Shown piece by piece: positions 13,961 through 27,514 of a DNA stretch of 64,000 nt. Numbering within the stretch: the first letter of the stretch is position 1; each line of letters starts with the position of its first letter. Source of the DNA: Eledone cirrhosa (Eukaryota); contig OZ024743.1 in assembly GCA_964016885.1 (NCBI GenBank), positions 118,296,001 through 118,360,000 on the forward strand. Reading direction: 5' to 3'. Under the pieces are notes generated by a model, which was not told where the DNA came from, did not search any database, and saw nothing but the letters and a program-made list of their open reading frames with translations. Both the position numbers and the translations under genes were made by a program.

Positions 13961-14845
13961 CGTCCAACTGACGTCAGCACCAGTAAACCAGACCTGTAGT
14001 GGCGTTCATGTATGACTCCGCCTACTATCACTTTTTTTTCGTGGGAAAACGCATTGACCATCGCAGAGTGGATAGATAACTTAATGCCAGGAACTAGGAA
14101 TTAGAATTTCACACAGGAAATTAAAAATTGAAAAATTGAAAAATTAAAACTTCAGAATCACCATTTAAAAAATAATTAAAAATAAATGGGAAGATTTATA
14201 AATTAATGTTAGAAATTAGAAAATGGTGTTCAATATTGAATATTAAATATTGATAACTAGTGATTAACAATTAATGTTTCATATTATATGAAGTATACTA
14301 TCTATATGGAGTACGATAGCTAGGTAAAGAAACCTATTAATCGGGTTACTATGAAAACCGGGTGGAAAATACTGAGCACCTAAACGAAATAAAACAAATA
14401 AATTTACTGGTGCTAGCGTCTGTTAGACGCTGGACTAGCAGTCAACTAAAACATTTAGGCTGAATTGAACTTTGTCACCGTTACATCTTACCGTCTGTGG
14501 TATGCGAGGCTTGGTATTTGAAATAGGCTTATCTCTGCTCGCATAGCGGTGGTAGTCGGATGATCAACTAGTTCTTCTCCTCTGCACCTGCTCAAAAACT
14601 TTGGAATGGAACTAAACTTCACAAAGGTGCGGACATCGGCTATGAAAATATCATTCCTGTCTGTTCCCTTTTCTTTTGTCTTTAGTTTGGATTTCCTAGG
14701 AAGCGTAATCTTATTACATAATTATTTTATCTAATGAGATCGCGGGAATGAATACATGACTGATCCCGTAACCACAATCGCCATGGAAATATGTATCACA
14801 GCTTTGTTAATAAAGGACTCTTTATCATCTACACAAAACGTCGCC

Positions 14846-14908
<63 letters not shown>

Positions 14909-14972
14909 ATATATATATATATATATTATTATTATTATTATATTGTTATATTTGGGGAGGATCATATTGTTA

Positions 14973-15110
14973 TAATTGTTTCTACTTTTGGCACAAGGCC
15001 ACCAATTATCCCAGTGTATTACTGGTACTTTATTTTATCGATCCCGTAAGGATGAATGGCAAAGTTAACCTCGGTGGGATTTGAACTCAGACCGTAAACG
15101 GACGTAACTA
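14973..15110 (-). mobile_element. SINE copy
   Basis: Matches the 1099-1278 family. Confidence 0.85.
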
Positions 15111-15250
15111 TCCTTGTTATAATATTGGCAGAAATATATAATAAATCACACTCACTGTTTGGTTTGGGTTGGTTTCCGCTTCCCTATATTTCATTATCCC
15201 CATAGATAATATAGCTGGCTATCAATGTAGACAATTGATTGACCAACGAT

Positions 15251-15326
<76 letters not shown>

Positions 15327-15531
15327 GTTTCTCAGAGTTCTTTCATCACACACCTGTGACATCATCAGTGATACTATTAAGTTTCCTCCCGTTGTATTGT
15401 AACCAAACAGTGAGTGGGTTTTATCATATATTTCAGGCAATATTATAACAACATGACCCTCCCCAAATTTAACAATATTTATTTCAACACACGGTATCAT
15501 ATAAAAAACCTTGCAAAACATATATATATAT

Positions 15532-15671
15532 GTCCAGAATTAGCCGTCGAAACGGCTTGAGCTCAGCCGTCGGGGTCTTACTTGTTCCTATTACCCACTC
15601 TACTACCCTAAGTATTGAGTACTTTGTTGCGTTATGGTCCACCTGGTTCCTTACCACATTTCCTTCGTTAT
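15532..15671 (+). repeat. Family A ~140-bp element carrying the 3' half of an HHR
   Basis: GUC-GAAAC-GGC-UUGAGCUCA-GCC-GUC-GGGGUC, then GTATTGAGTAC; (TA)n on both sides. Confidence 0.75.
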
Positions 15672-17602
15672 ATATATATATATATATATATATGTGTTTC
15701 TATTTGTGTGTAAGTGTGTGCGTGCGTGCGTGTTTGTGTGTGTTGTGTGTGTGTGCGTCTGTGTGTGTGTGTGTTTAGACATAAATACGGCAAAGATAAG
15801 CGTTGAAAATTAAAGTACAAATAATATCTGCAGCCGCTAAAGTGTACAGCTGTACAGCAGATAGAAAGTGTTTCCATTTTCATTCTGAACAACTCCATTC
15901 ATGTGCATTTCCTCACAATGAAAGAAAGCTAAAATCAACGACCTGAATTAAATCGAAACGTTTGCCGACACAGTGAAGCCGTATTGAAGTCGCGTCTTTA
16001 CATATCGTTACTCTTTAAACATTTTTTATTTGAGGTGGTGACAAATTATGAAACAATTTTACTCATATTTTTAATAGTTTCCTTTTACTACACTTAAAAT
16101 AAATACAGAACCAGCTGGTCTTTAAAGTATTCCTTTAGCCAATATCTAAGTATCTTTCTTCGAAATTCGTATATCCTCGTGTCGATAGATACATGTCTGG
16201 TCCATGTCTTCTTCTTTTGTTGTTTATGCTTTTATTGCAAAATTGTAGTTTTGCCTGCAGCTAATACTTTCAAATCTGAAACGACCTACTTCATGTTTTA
16301 AATAACTACAAGCAATCATCATGACAAATGTGTTTACCGATCACTACATTTTCTATGACAACAAATGTTTATCACATACTATTGGGTGTCTTTTCTTCGT
16401 TTTCTTCTTCATATTTATGCAGTAAGAGATGATCAGACCCAATTCGCCGAAAGCCACATCGAATTATTTTAGCTGAAAAGGCCCTGCATAATATGCCCAT
16501 ACTTTCTTGCCATGTATAATGAATGTCACTGTGATAGGGATATTAAGTCTACCATAGTTTGATTGGCCCTTGATATTGAAAGTCTGCAAGGAAATCCCGT
16601 AATGGTGCCGTCATACAGGTGATTTGGTTTTGTTTTTGTAGAATAAATATTCAACCAAATGATCGTCAAGCTGTAACACGTCGTTGATATCAATTTGTGT
16701 TGGCAATGTCTCTTCATGCCTCAGTTCTCTAGGATAAAATTAGATGAAACAACAGAGAAAGAACTCACTGCAAGCAACAATGGTAATTTCGTGATTTTAG
16801 AGTAAGAAGTGCAGTGTTGTTTTGTATTGAATTGTGGCTATGATTCGTTTATTTCATGACTTCTGTATCCAAAAATAAAGTATCTGTCCAGTTCGAATTT
16901 AGAATGTAATGGAACCAAATTAAATAATACATGGGATTTAACTTTTCCCGCCACAGTTTCTTCTAGATCACTCTGCTGTTACATGGGAAAACATCAGAAA
17001 CGTATTCATTTGACTTAGGATTTCTTATTAATCCAGCCCTAACATTTTGTTCATCCTGCTTTAAAAAACGGTGTTGGGGTTGTTTTATGTTTGGACATCA
17101 GAGATACCTATTTTGATTTTTTTTTATTAAAAGGATTTAGTTTTAAAACCTTGTTTCAAAACAAAACCCAATTAATGAAATTTCACTCAAAATAAATCTC
17201 ATGGTATGTATATTTTATAAAAAAGGGTACGATATGTTAATTACATTTTGGCATATAAATATATTTGATTTGCATGTCAAGTGAATAAATATATATGGTT
17301 TAGGTTTAAAATCATTTATATCACTTATTGGGAATGTAAAATATTGTTGTGTTGTTCCAGTTACAAAATGTTAAGGATGAAAACATAATTTCAGTTGGAA
17401 GCGATATATATCAAATACAAAAGGAATTTCTTTTACATACATAACAAATTTAGTTGAACATGTAAATCCACTATCTTAAATTTCTAGTTGAAAAATACAA
17501 ATTAAAAATAATTTTTTCTAATTTAAAAATAAAATTGGCAGATTCTGAATTCCTGATTTTTAAAACATAAAATTTGAAGACTGCTATAAAAATGGTTTTT
17601 AA

Positions 17603-17780
17603 CTTAGGCGCATGGCCAGCAATATTGTCCCGAAAGGGAATGTCGATTAAATGGATCAGTCTATTACTGATGCTTTATTGTATCGACCTCTTAAGAATGA
17701 AAAGTAAAGTTAACCATGGTGGGATTTGAGCTCAGAACGTAAATACTCGTAACTACATGCCACAAATCATCCACCACGCT
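17603..17780 (-). mobile_element. Diverged SINE copy
   Basis: TATCGACC..AAGAATGAAAAGTAAAGTTAACC..GGGATTTGAGCTCAGAACG matches the SINE family. Confidence 0.7.
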
Positions 17781-20239
17781 TAACTTATCAAAATAAAAAA
17801 TAAAATTTTAGAGGAGGGTTTAACTAAACAAACGCTTTAGCGAATAAATGCTAATATATACCCGAGAAAACGAAAAACGATAATAATTTGGCCCTATAGA
17901 GAAGAAACCAAAGGAGGTGAAAATGATTTATTCTTTTGATAGACAAACGGATTTTATTTTATCCTTTCAACTAAATAATTCAACAACTTTCCAAATTTAT
18001 TACTGGTACTGATATATATGAAATATTTCTTTCTTGATATTTATTTAACTGCTTTCATAATATGTCATATAAAACTCATGGATTTATTCGTTCTTCTACG
18101 AGCTGTGATCTGATAAATTAGATTCAGGAAGGATAAACAAAATATTAAAACAAATAGTAAAATAAAGTAATGCTGATATTTAAAAAAAACAGCAGGAAAA
18201 TAAAGAAAACATTGAACAAATATGGTTTTCCTCTCATTCTATTCCGATGCTATATTATTTTTTCTCTTTCGTTCTTCATTCAAATTCTTTATATTTTTCA
18301 TTTCTTTATATTTCTTGTATATTTATTTTGTAGTCACTGGACCATGCCGGTATCCATTCAATCCATTATTCTTGTATCCAGACATTCTTTCACCTACCAA
18401 TGTCGTCTCTCATAGAATTTACTTCTATTCATATGTTAATTTCATTTTTATTTTGTTTCGTCTCTGTGTGAAGAATGGGATAGACAGTTCGAATCTGCAA
18501 AACATAAAAGATTTAAAAACCCACCTAAATAATATATTTGCGAAATAGAAGTCGACATATTAGAAACGTCGTTAGAACATGACAATATGACTTGTGGCTT
18601 TTTATCCGCTCGCTGTGATCTAAGTTGAAATGCCATCAAGGTCAACTTTTCAATTCATACTTTCGGTTTCGATAAAATAAAATACAAGTCATTGACAGTG
18701 GATTTCCGGAATTGTTAGAGCGTTGACCGAGATGCCTTATGAGATTTTTTTTTATAATTTAAATTCTGAGTCGAAATTCCGTTGTGTTGGTTTTAATCCG
18801 CCGACTGTTCAACTTAAGTTTGTCAATACTGCTGCAAACATTTGGGCCAAGTTTCTTGCAGTCAATATCCTGGAAACTGTCATGAGAGCAATCCTTTTCT
18901 ATGTGATGAAATAGTAAAGTATCTAGGTTATAGAAAGAGTCCTATTCAATGTGATGAAATAGTAAAATATCTAGGTTAAACCTCTCAGCCATCAAAAGTG
19001 CATATGTGGTAAAGGTTTTCATAGTCATGTAGTTGCAAAGAAGCAAATGAAACTTCATATACCAGAACACACAAAGCATTGTGAAAATAACAATGGGAAA
19101 AGAGACTATAGAATCTCATAAGACCTGATAGAAATTTCACTCAAAATAAATCTCATGGTATCTATATTTTATTTTAAAAAAAGGTACATGTTAGATAACG
19201 TTGGTCTAGACACATTACAAAAAAAGAAGGATTATCACAGCATCCCAGCGATAGTCCTGCGTATCTGTTGGGAAAGAATGCCAATGCATTTAAATTCAAT
19301 TATTATTTTCGCGTATGCATATGTTAGTGCACACACCCCCTCACAGAGAGAGACAACCACACACATATATATATACCTGCAATTTTTTGATAATTCATAT
19401 CTATATATATATATATAGAAGAAGAAGAAGAAGAAGAAGAAGAAAATCCAATTATAATTGGTTAAACTGCGACATTTCGCACGGCAAAGAAAGGAATACA
19501 AGTTGTTATAAGTATGGTTAATCAGTAAATTAAGACAAATCATGTGAACATTGTGTAGACGATGCTATGGGAATATGGATTTCCTCCCTTAATATTCGTT
19601 GAGCCCTTTATGGTATAATTGTGTCGATATAATGTATTTCGATCTATATTGTGATATTTAAAGCTTCTCCAATTACTGAATTTAGGTTGAATTATAGTTT
19701 TGAAGCGTTAGGTGTGCTATTTTTAGCTTTCCTCTGGAACACTCACGTTTAAAGGCTATAATTGAAGCAGGTACTTTCTAAAGCAAATGTCACGTTTCGC
19801 TTCATTAATAAATGTAAATGTGCTTTTTGTTTATTGTGAAATCACTCGTCTTATTTGATTTAAGAACAACATAAGTCAATTATTTCAAATTCCCTTATAG
19901 AGGCTTATTATTCTTTTTCGTAAGACGATGCTTAGTGATGAGTATAATTCGTCTTAATTTACTGATTAAACATTTTAATTATAGTTATTAGTATTTTGTC
20001 TTTCTGGTCCGAACCCGCAGTTTAATTAACAATAATTCGATTTACTAATTATAATGTAAGTAAAATTGCATTAGCCTTTAAATGAATTCTTGCTTAGTAT
20101 GATATTTTATACTAACATAAATATATTTATACCTGAATAATATTGTGTAAATAATGTTCTAAAACGTTGGGTCTTAGCTCTGAATGTTCATTGAGCTTTT
20201 TATTGGATCGATATAATATATTTCTATCTATATTTTGTG

Positions 20240-20277
<38 letters not shown>

Positions 20278-20420
20278 TTGTGTGTGTGTGTGTGAGTGTA
20301 TGTGTGCGCGTGTGTGTGTCTATCTTTGTGAGGGTATACGAATATATGTTCATATATATATATATACGTATATATATAAACGTTTGAATATGTATAATAC
20401 GTATATATATATATGTGTGT

Positions 20421-20483
<63 letters not shown>

Positions 20484-22074
20484 AGTATATGTGTAATTTG
20501 GAAATCGATATTAAATTGATTTCAATACGAAGTGCAAATTTTCTAAAGAGTATTTCTGATTTCTGACTTTAATTCCCATCTTTATATACGTTGCATATAT
20601 ACGTTGTTGTATATATTTTTGTAATCTGTTTGTTATAGTTGTATTTTTCTACTGATTCATATGATTGATTTACAAAATCATTAAACCGTGAATGGTGTAC
20701 TCGCTTAGATGCTTCCAACTACTATGAGATATATCTAAAGTTTGCGATGTGCTTGAATTTGTTTTTTTTTTAAGTGTCTTCAAATAGAAAGTATATTAAT
20801 TATTTGCAAGTACGGTCTCACAAATTATTAAAAAAACGTGCGTAGTAAGTAGATGAAATATAATATTCAAAACGCATAATATATATTCAAGATTACTTAT
20901 TTTGATATTAATTTGATTTTGGCTATTACTATACTGCAAACACTTGAAGCCTACCGGAATCGGCGACCCTCTTTCAATCCTCACGGAAACCAATTTCCGT
21001 CACTTAAGTCAATAATGGCATGGCTTTCAAATCTTTCCCCTTACATTTTCTATAAACCTAGGATATTTTAGGCAACTTCAAGTGAAGTAAAAGAATTATA
21101 ACTGATTCAGGTCAGATATACATCTTAACTATTGTTTCAACCTTCGATTGTTCGAAAAGAGTATTTCGGATAATTTGTAACGTGAAAATATAGTTAAGTA
21201 GTTTTTGCAAATTCATTTTGATTATCGTTCATATATCAGTATTGAGTACTTCTGTTTGGTTGCACAATGGTCTATTATTTTTATTCAAAGGGACACCGAC
21301 AGTAGGAAGACAAGCGCCATAGAAATCAAAATATATTAATTTCTACTTAATAATTATTTTCAAATAAAATAGGAATATCAAGGTTTCATCTGTCCAGGAG
21401 AGCCTGCATAATTCTTGGATACTTCCTTCGCCACCATACCTAGCAAATAAAAGTGTATGTGCTGGCGTGTACCTCAAAGTTTCTGTTTGTTTGCGGACTG
21501 TGATTTCACTTTAAAAAACGGTACCAGGGTTTCTTTCAGATATGTTATAATCGAGGAGATATGAAAAGTTCATCCAATTCTACGTAAAAAAATTTTTTTA
21601 TTTTGGTTTTGTTGATTTTTTGCATGCTTTTCTACTAAAGTACTATCTGTGGAAAACATATTGACTTTCGAAAGTTATCTCACGATTGCTGATATTCTGT
21701 ACTGTATACTATGTGTGTCACTTGGATGCGGAGGTGTGGAAATGGTTTAGTTTGGCAAAAAGCATGTTTATATTTATATATGATTATTGCTTTTGAAACA
21801 GTAACTAAAATGTTTCTTTGTTTTTTAGTTTTAACATTTATTGTTTTCTATTTTTCGTGTCCAGTATTAATATTTTGTTTTCCAATGCATACTCGAGTTA
21901 ACCAAGCGCCATGTTTTCTGTATGATTACATACTTCACTGAATAACGACAGCCTGATATTGTATGTCTCAAAGATTCATACAGTTTAAATTTTAAATATC
22001 ATTGAGCATGTCTATGTCATTTTTAAAAACCGATTTAAAGACATTAAACAATTTTCATACTTTATATGAATATT

Positions 22075-22105
<31 letters not shown>

Positions 22106-22112
22106 GTATATA

Positions 22113-23450
22113 CAATGGCGTAGCTAGGGTGTGGCAAGCAGGGCACATGCCACGGGCGCCATATTTATGGGGGGCGCAATTTCGACCCAGATCGATTTCC
22201 ATCCATGTCGTTTTTATCATTTTTTAAAATATAAGCCAAAAATGAAGCATGTGATTTCTTGATAGCCGACTTCCACGCCATGTCTAGTGCACTAGACAGA
22301 ACAGATGTCTGATTTGACTTCACAAAAACGCCCCCCCCCCTCTACACTGACAGCAGGGTGGGTTGCAATTATGCGGGCGCTATTTTTAGCTATACATTGC
22401 AAAACAAGGATACCTCACTTGACCCCCCCACACACACACACACACATACACACTGACTGAAGGGACGTAGTTTTGGACGTGCAACTGGTGGACACGCAGG
22501 CGCTATTTTTAGCAATGCATTGCAATGTCCAATGCAAGATAATTATAATTATGAAACTGGTTAACAAAACAGAGTAGTTTGTCTTTTACAACTGGTACAT
22601 AAGATGTATAGAAAAGGTATCATAATCCAAATGGCCAGATAGGATCTGATAGCTTCTATTAGGAATTCAATTTGACTCCAGTTTAGATGGTTCAATGTTT
22701 TCTTCTATAATACAGTTCGTCAGAATTTACTAAATCCTATCCAAAAAGCAAGATACTATGGTCTGCTGATTGATTCGACCCCTGACCAGGCGCACCGAGA
22801 ACAACTGTCAAAAGTTGTGCGATATGTCGATGTTGATTTCAATATGAAGACGGTCGTTGTGGGGGAATCTTTTCTTGGATTCATTCAAGTAATCAAAAAA
22901 GATGTCGCAAGCCTTGTTGAAACAATCGTGAAAGAGCTAGAAAAAGATGACCTACCACTGCAGAACTGTCGATCGCAGTGCTACCACAATGCTGCCATAA
23001 TGGCTGGGCACTGCAGTGGGGTTCAGCAGAGAATGAGAGAGAAGAAGAATTTGATTCACTTCGTTAATTGCGATAACCATTCACTTAATCTAGCTGGTCT
23101 TCATGCAGGCAAAAACGATTCGGCTATGATGAACTTTTTCAGTTGCATTGACTCGTTATACAACTTTGTTTCTCGTTCAACACGACGATGGGAAGCCCTT
23201 AAAGAAGTTGTTCCACTGGTTGTTAAATATCCTTCCGACACGCGGTGGAGTGCTAGATGTACCGCAGTCAGACCGGTGGCGAATTATTTGACGCTGATTG
23301 TTCAAGTTCTCGAAAAAATGAGTGATGATGAAACAGGGACATGCGAGAGTAGAAGTGATGTCAGTAATCTCTATAATCGGATACTGAGTTATGAATTCCT
23401 GAACTTGATTGGATTCTGGAACACGATTCTCTCACGAATTAGATTCAGTA
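22113..23450 (+). mobile_element. hAT-superfamily (Tip100/ZMYM-like) transposon relic
   Basis: Terminus CAATGGCGTAGCTAGGG; YYGLLIDSTPDQAHREQLSKVVRYV upstream of ORF 22817-23479, which has CRSQCYHNAAIMAG, VNCDNHSLNL and DTRWSAR (hAT DDE core motifs); truncated. Confidence 0.85.
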
Positions 23451-23511
23451 GTGGCGATAACCAAAGTATTGTATGGTGAGCAATAAAGTTTACATGTAAA
23501 CATTAAAAAAC

Positions 23512-23580
23512 GACCCTAAGTATTGAGTACTCTGGTACGTTATGGTCCCTCTGGTTCCTTACCACACCTCCTTCGTTATA
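23512..23580 (+). repeat. Family A partial copy
   Basis: CCCTAAGTATTGAGTACTCTGGTACGTTATGGTCC..CCTTACCACA..CCTTCGTTA(TA)n. Confidence 0.75.
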
Positions 23581-23594
23581 TATATATATATACA

Positions 23595-23688
<94 letters not shown>

Positions 23689-23753
23689 GGGAAAACCAAC
23701 AGTGTATGGAGTCTATAATCTATGGAAGGCAGGGTAGACATAATAATTAAAAT

Positions 23754-24112
23754 TATAAATTAAAATGTATATACGCACCTCTATAACTATATAACACACG
23801 CGTACAAATCCAAAGGGATCTGTTTCGCCAGGAAGTTGTTGAATGAAATTGAATATCTATGGTTCATCAGCGCGTGCAAGACTATACATTCCAGACAACT
23901 CTAAGAGAATCTAAAGCGACCGTCTAGCTACACGCGGCAGAGAGATGTCACAGCGTGTTTAGGGCAGTGAACCAGTGGTATCTGAGGGACGAGCTGCTAG
24001 AAAGGGCAGCCCAAAAAACACTCAAAGAAGTGTGCTCAACCAAATATAAATTAAAATGTATATACGCACCTCTATAACTATATAACACATGCGTACAAAT
24101 CCAAAGAGATCT
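23754..24112 (-). mobile_element. 291-nt tandem unit (about 1.2 copies) containing an HHR; retrozyme- or pLTR-like
   Basis: 23754-23821 is repeated at 24045-24112 with 2 mismatches; period 291. Confidence 0.7.
23797..23876 (-). ncRNA. Type I hammerhead ribozyme, intact core
   Basis: CACGCG-CUGAUGA-A CCA..UGG C-GAAAC AGAUCC CUUU GGAUUU-GUA-CGCGUG; 6-bp stem I, 8-bp stem III. Confidence 0.85.
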
Positions 24113-24266
24113 TTTTTATTCATGGCACCTTTTCAACATATTGTATTTTAAAGAGCTCAGGATTCCTTTTCCTTTGAGCACATTATTGACAGGGAATAAC
24201 GAGGGTCTATGGCTCCGTTAATTTATCGTGATATATATATACATTAATAATAATAATAATAATAGT

Positions 24267-24455
24267 AATTGTTTCTACTTTAGGCACAAGGCCAGCAATT
24301 ACGCAGTACATTACTGGTACTTTATTTTATCGACCCCGTAAGGATGAAAGGCAAAGCTAACCTCGACGGGATTTGAACTCAGACCGTAATGGGACGTAAC
24401 TATGCCGGAAAGCATGGCGTCCGACTCTCTACCGATACTGCCAATCCACCGCCCT
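24267..24455 (-). mobile_element. SINE copy, full-length
   Basis: Begins GGGCGGTGGATTGGCAGTATCGGTAGAG on the minus strand; sits in (TAA)n. Confidence 0.9.
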
Positions 24456-24480
24456 TATTATTATTAATAATAATAATAAT

Positions 24481-24604
24481 AATAGTAATATTAATAAATG
24501 TGAAGACTAAAATCCAAAGATAACGATAAATATATATCAAATATATAAGAACTGTTAAGGGTGAAAGCAGCGATTCTTTTCTTAAACTTTAATCTGTTAT
24601 TTTA

Positions 24605-24610
<6 letters not shown>
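24481..24610. repeat. Family B PLE terminal fragment with internal inversion
   Basis: 24481-24555 matches 29345-29425 in reverse; 24555-24610 matches 29279-29336 forward. Confidence 0.75.
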
Positions 24611-24664
<54 letters not shown>

Positions 24665-24683
24665 ATGTATGTATGTATGTATG

Positions 24684-24751
<68 letters not shown>

Positions 24752-24752
24752 C

Positions 24753-24917
<165 letters not shown>

Positions 24918-26267
24918 TCGGGAACCGATGGTTGAGCTTGTGCCGTTTCAACAACTAGTTCTAGATGCATTGCCGAAGGGTTTGGCGGTTAACTGGATGT
25001 ATCGTCAGGGGTGTGGTTTGTACAAATAAGACCATATTTATCTAATTGTAAATTCTCTTCATATAAGTGTTTTTTTGAAAATATGGTTAGTGAGTGGTTG
25101 TGTATCTGGCTTAGTGAGTGTTTACATGGATGTATGTGTTTATGTGCGCACCTGATTGTATCAGCCTGGTCAACTTGAGACAGAATAATAGTTGAGAGTG
25201 GGTGGGATTATATTTATTTAAAAAATATATTAGAGTGTATGTGCGTGTATGTCTGCCCCCAAGCATGATTATCACAACCTTTAGACAACAGGTCTATAGA
25301 ATTGGCTGCAGATCTCCCTAATCAAAAATTGTCTAAAATTCACCGAATGCCAAATTAAATATGCCAGAGGTGGTGACTTATTTGTTAGTTACCTGAAAAC
25401 AAAAAGGAGCAACCAACCGGTCCATTAACACACACCCGCACTTGATAAGACAAGGATAGATGTTATTGTGACAAGGTTGGCTATGTTGGGGATATTGGAT
25501 ATTATTTAAATAAGTTCATCCTGAACTTGCTTAATAATTACTATTTTAATACGAAACATTGCACAGATATATTTTCAAAGATAACTTTGTAGATACCGAA
25601 TACGCCCATGAAATGAATAATAAAATAAATGTGTTTACCAAGAGGAAAGGATCCAGAGTTTACAGGTTTAGCCTAGCAGCCCTTGATTTTAAAGTAAAAT
25701 CTAGTGGATTTTTTGGTTCAAGTTTATTTACTAGTAACTAAGCTAGTTATTTTACTAAGCTAGTTATTTTAGTTAGATTACGGTTACGAGTATAGATTTA
25801 ATTTACATAAGATATCTACATTTCGTGGAGTTAGTGTTAGTGATTATATTTCATGTATTTATTGTTGAAGAGGTAGAGTTGGTGTTATCTATTTATTATG
25901 CAAGGTAAAGTGCCGTGTTTGTCTTAGGTACGTATGTATGTTCCAAGTGGGCTTGCGGGTGCTGTCCGCATTCAATAAGATATTGATATTTCTGTAATTG
26001 AGGCCCAGGGTGGATGTTGTCGTTTTAATGCCACTATCTTAAAAAATGTTGTGGTACATTCCTATGTAGGAGTAAATGTATGTGGCTGAAGGGTTGGATG
26101 CGCATCTTGGGTAGGTGCAAGATGAGTTGCTTATGTACAGGTTGCAAGTGCTATTAATTTTGATTTGTCATGACAAATGATAGTATGTATATTTAGGTGT
26201 GACACCGCCGGCCCAGGCGCTTCAATAAGAGCTAGTTCTGTGCGTATTTCTGGATGCTAGTGAGGTC

Positions 26268-26478
26268 TGCTGCTGAAGTTTGTTTGGAGTAGTGCTCGTT
26301 GTGCGTAAGCCCTACTTCTCTGTTTATGTCTGATTGCTATTAGAGTCTGCTATTGCACTTTTATTGGAGATGTGCTGCTGAAGTTTGTTTGGAGTAGTGC
26401 TCGTTGTGCGTAAGCACTACTTCTCTGTTTATGTCTCATTGCCATTAGAGTCTGCTATTGCACTTTGTTTGGAGATGT
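26268..26478. repeat. Tandem duplication, ~106-bp unit, inside an unclassified element (24915-26650)
   Basis: TGCTGCTGAAGTTTGTTTGGAGTAGTGCTCG... occurs at 26268 and 26374. Confidence 0.8.
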
Positions 26479-26654
26479 GCTCGTTTGTGCCTATGTACTG
26501 TGTAGACCTGTGTAGGTATGTATTTGTCAGTGTGGTTACCTAATATTGCGTGCAAATGTACTCTGGTGACTTAGGGTGTCTGTTGCAGTGTGTATGTACA
26601 ACGAATGTTGGGAAACGTGTCTGACCTTCCTGAATCGTGTGATGGTCTGGCGTT

Positions 26655-27458
26655 GAGGTATGTTTTGTATATCCGGTGTTTGCACGAGGTCAACATTTCA
26701 TCCGTTGTATTTAATAATTGTTCCGATAAGCATATCACGTGATACAATTGAGGATATTCTGCACGATGAACGTGACATGACGCAGGTTTCTGCTCGGTGT
26801 GTCCCACATTTTCTGACACTGATCAAAAGCATACGAGGCTGATCACATCACGGAAAAATCTGACATTGTTTGAGGCAAAGTCCACTAATTTCCTTGAATG
26901 TTTCTTAACCCAGGATAAATGTTTGTTTCTTCACTTTGAACCAGAGGCAAAGAGACAATCCATGGAGTGGAAACACCCCTCCTGACCTGTTCTAAAGAAG
27001 ATCAAATAACACTTCGGTGTTCTTTTTTCTTTATTTGGATGCAAAAGGCTACAACATCAATGCAGAGTAGTATGCCAATTTGCTGACAGTTACGAAATAC
27101 TTTTAAGACGAAACGCCAGGAAAACTGACGAAAATGGTTTCTTTCATCAGGACAATGGTCCAACACACATGTCCTTGGTTTCAATCTCTAATGTCTGCGG
27201 CAATGTCTAATGTCTGCGGCTTTGAACTGTTGATCGCCCTCACTAATCTCCTGATTTGTTCTCATCTGACTAGCCTCTGTTCCCAAACAAGAAACATCAT
27301 TACTATTGTTGATGACTTTTTCCAACAGGAAGAACGCTTCTTCACCAATGGAAGAAGTGTGTCGTCTGCAAGGGGCACTATGTTGAAAAATAAATCTCAT
27401 TTGGTGATATTTCATGAGAGTATCATGGTCAAACTATGAACTTTTCAGCCTCCCCTTA
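26655..27458 (+). mobile_element. Mariner transposon relic (3' part)
   Basis: VSARCVPHFLT (WVP motif), TQDKCLFLHFEPEAKRQSMEWKHP (TGDE motif), FHQDNGPTH (second Asp); ends AACTTTTCAGCCTCCCCT+TA. Confidence 0.85.
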
Positions 27459-27514
27459 TATAAATATATATATATTTATTATATATATATATATATATAT
27501 ATAAATATAAATAT

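Noticed and set aside
13959-14428. ~28-bp imperfect inverted repeats (13959-13988 / 14402-14428) as MITE ends
   Set aside because: Several mismatches, no TSD and no second copy in the window.
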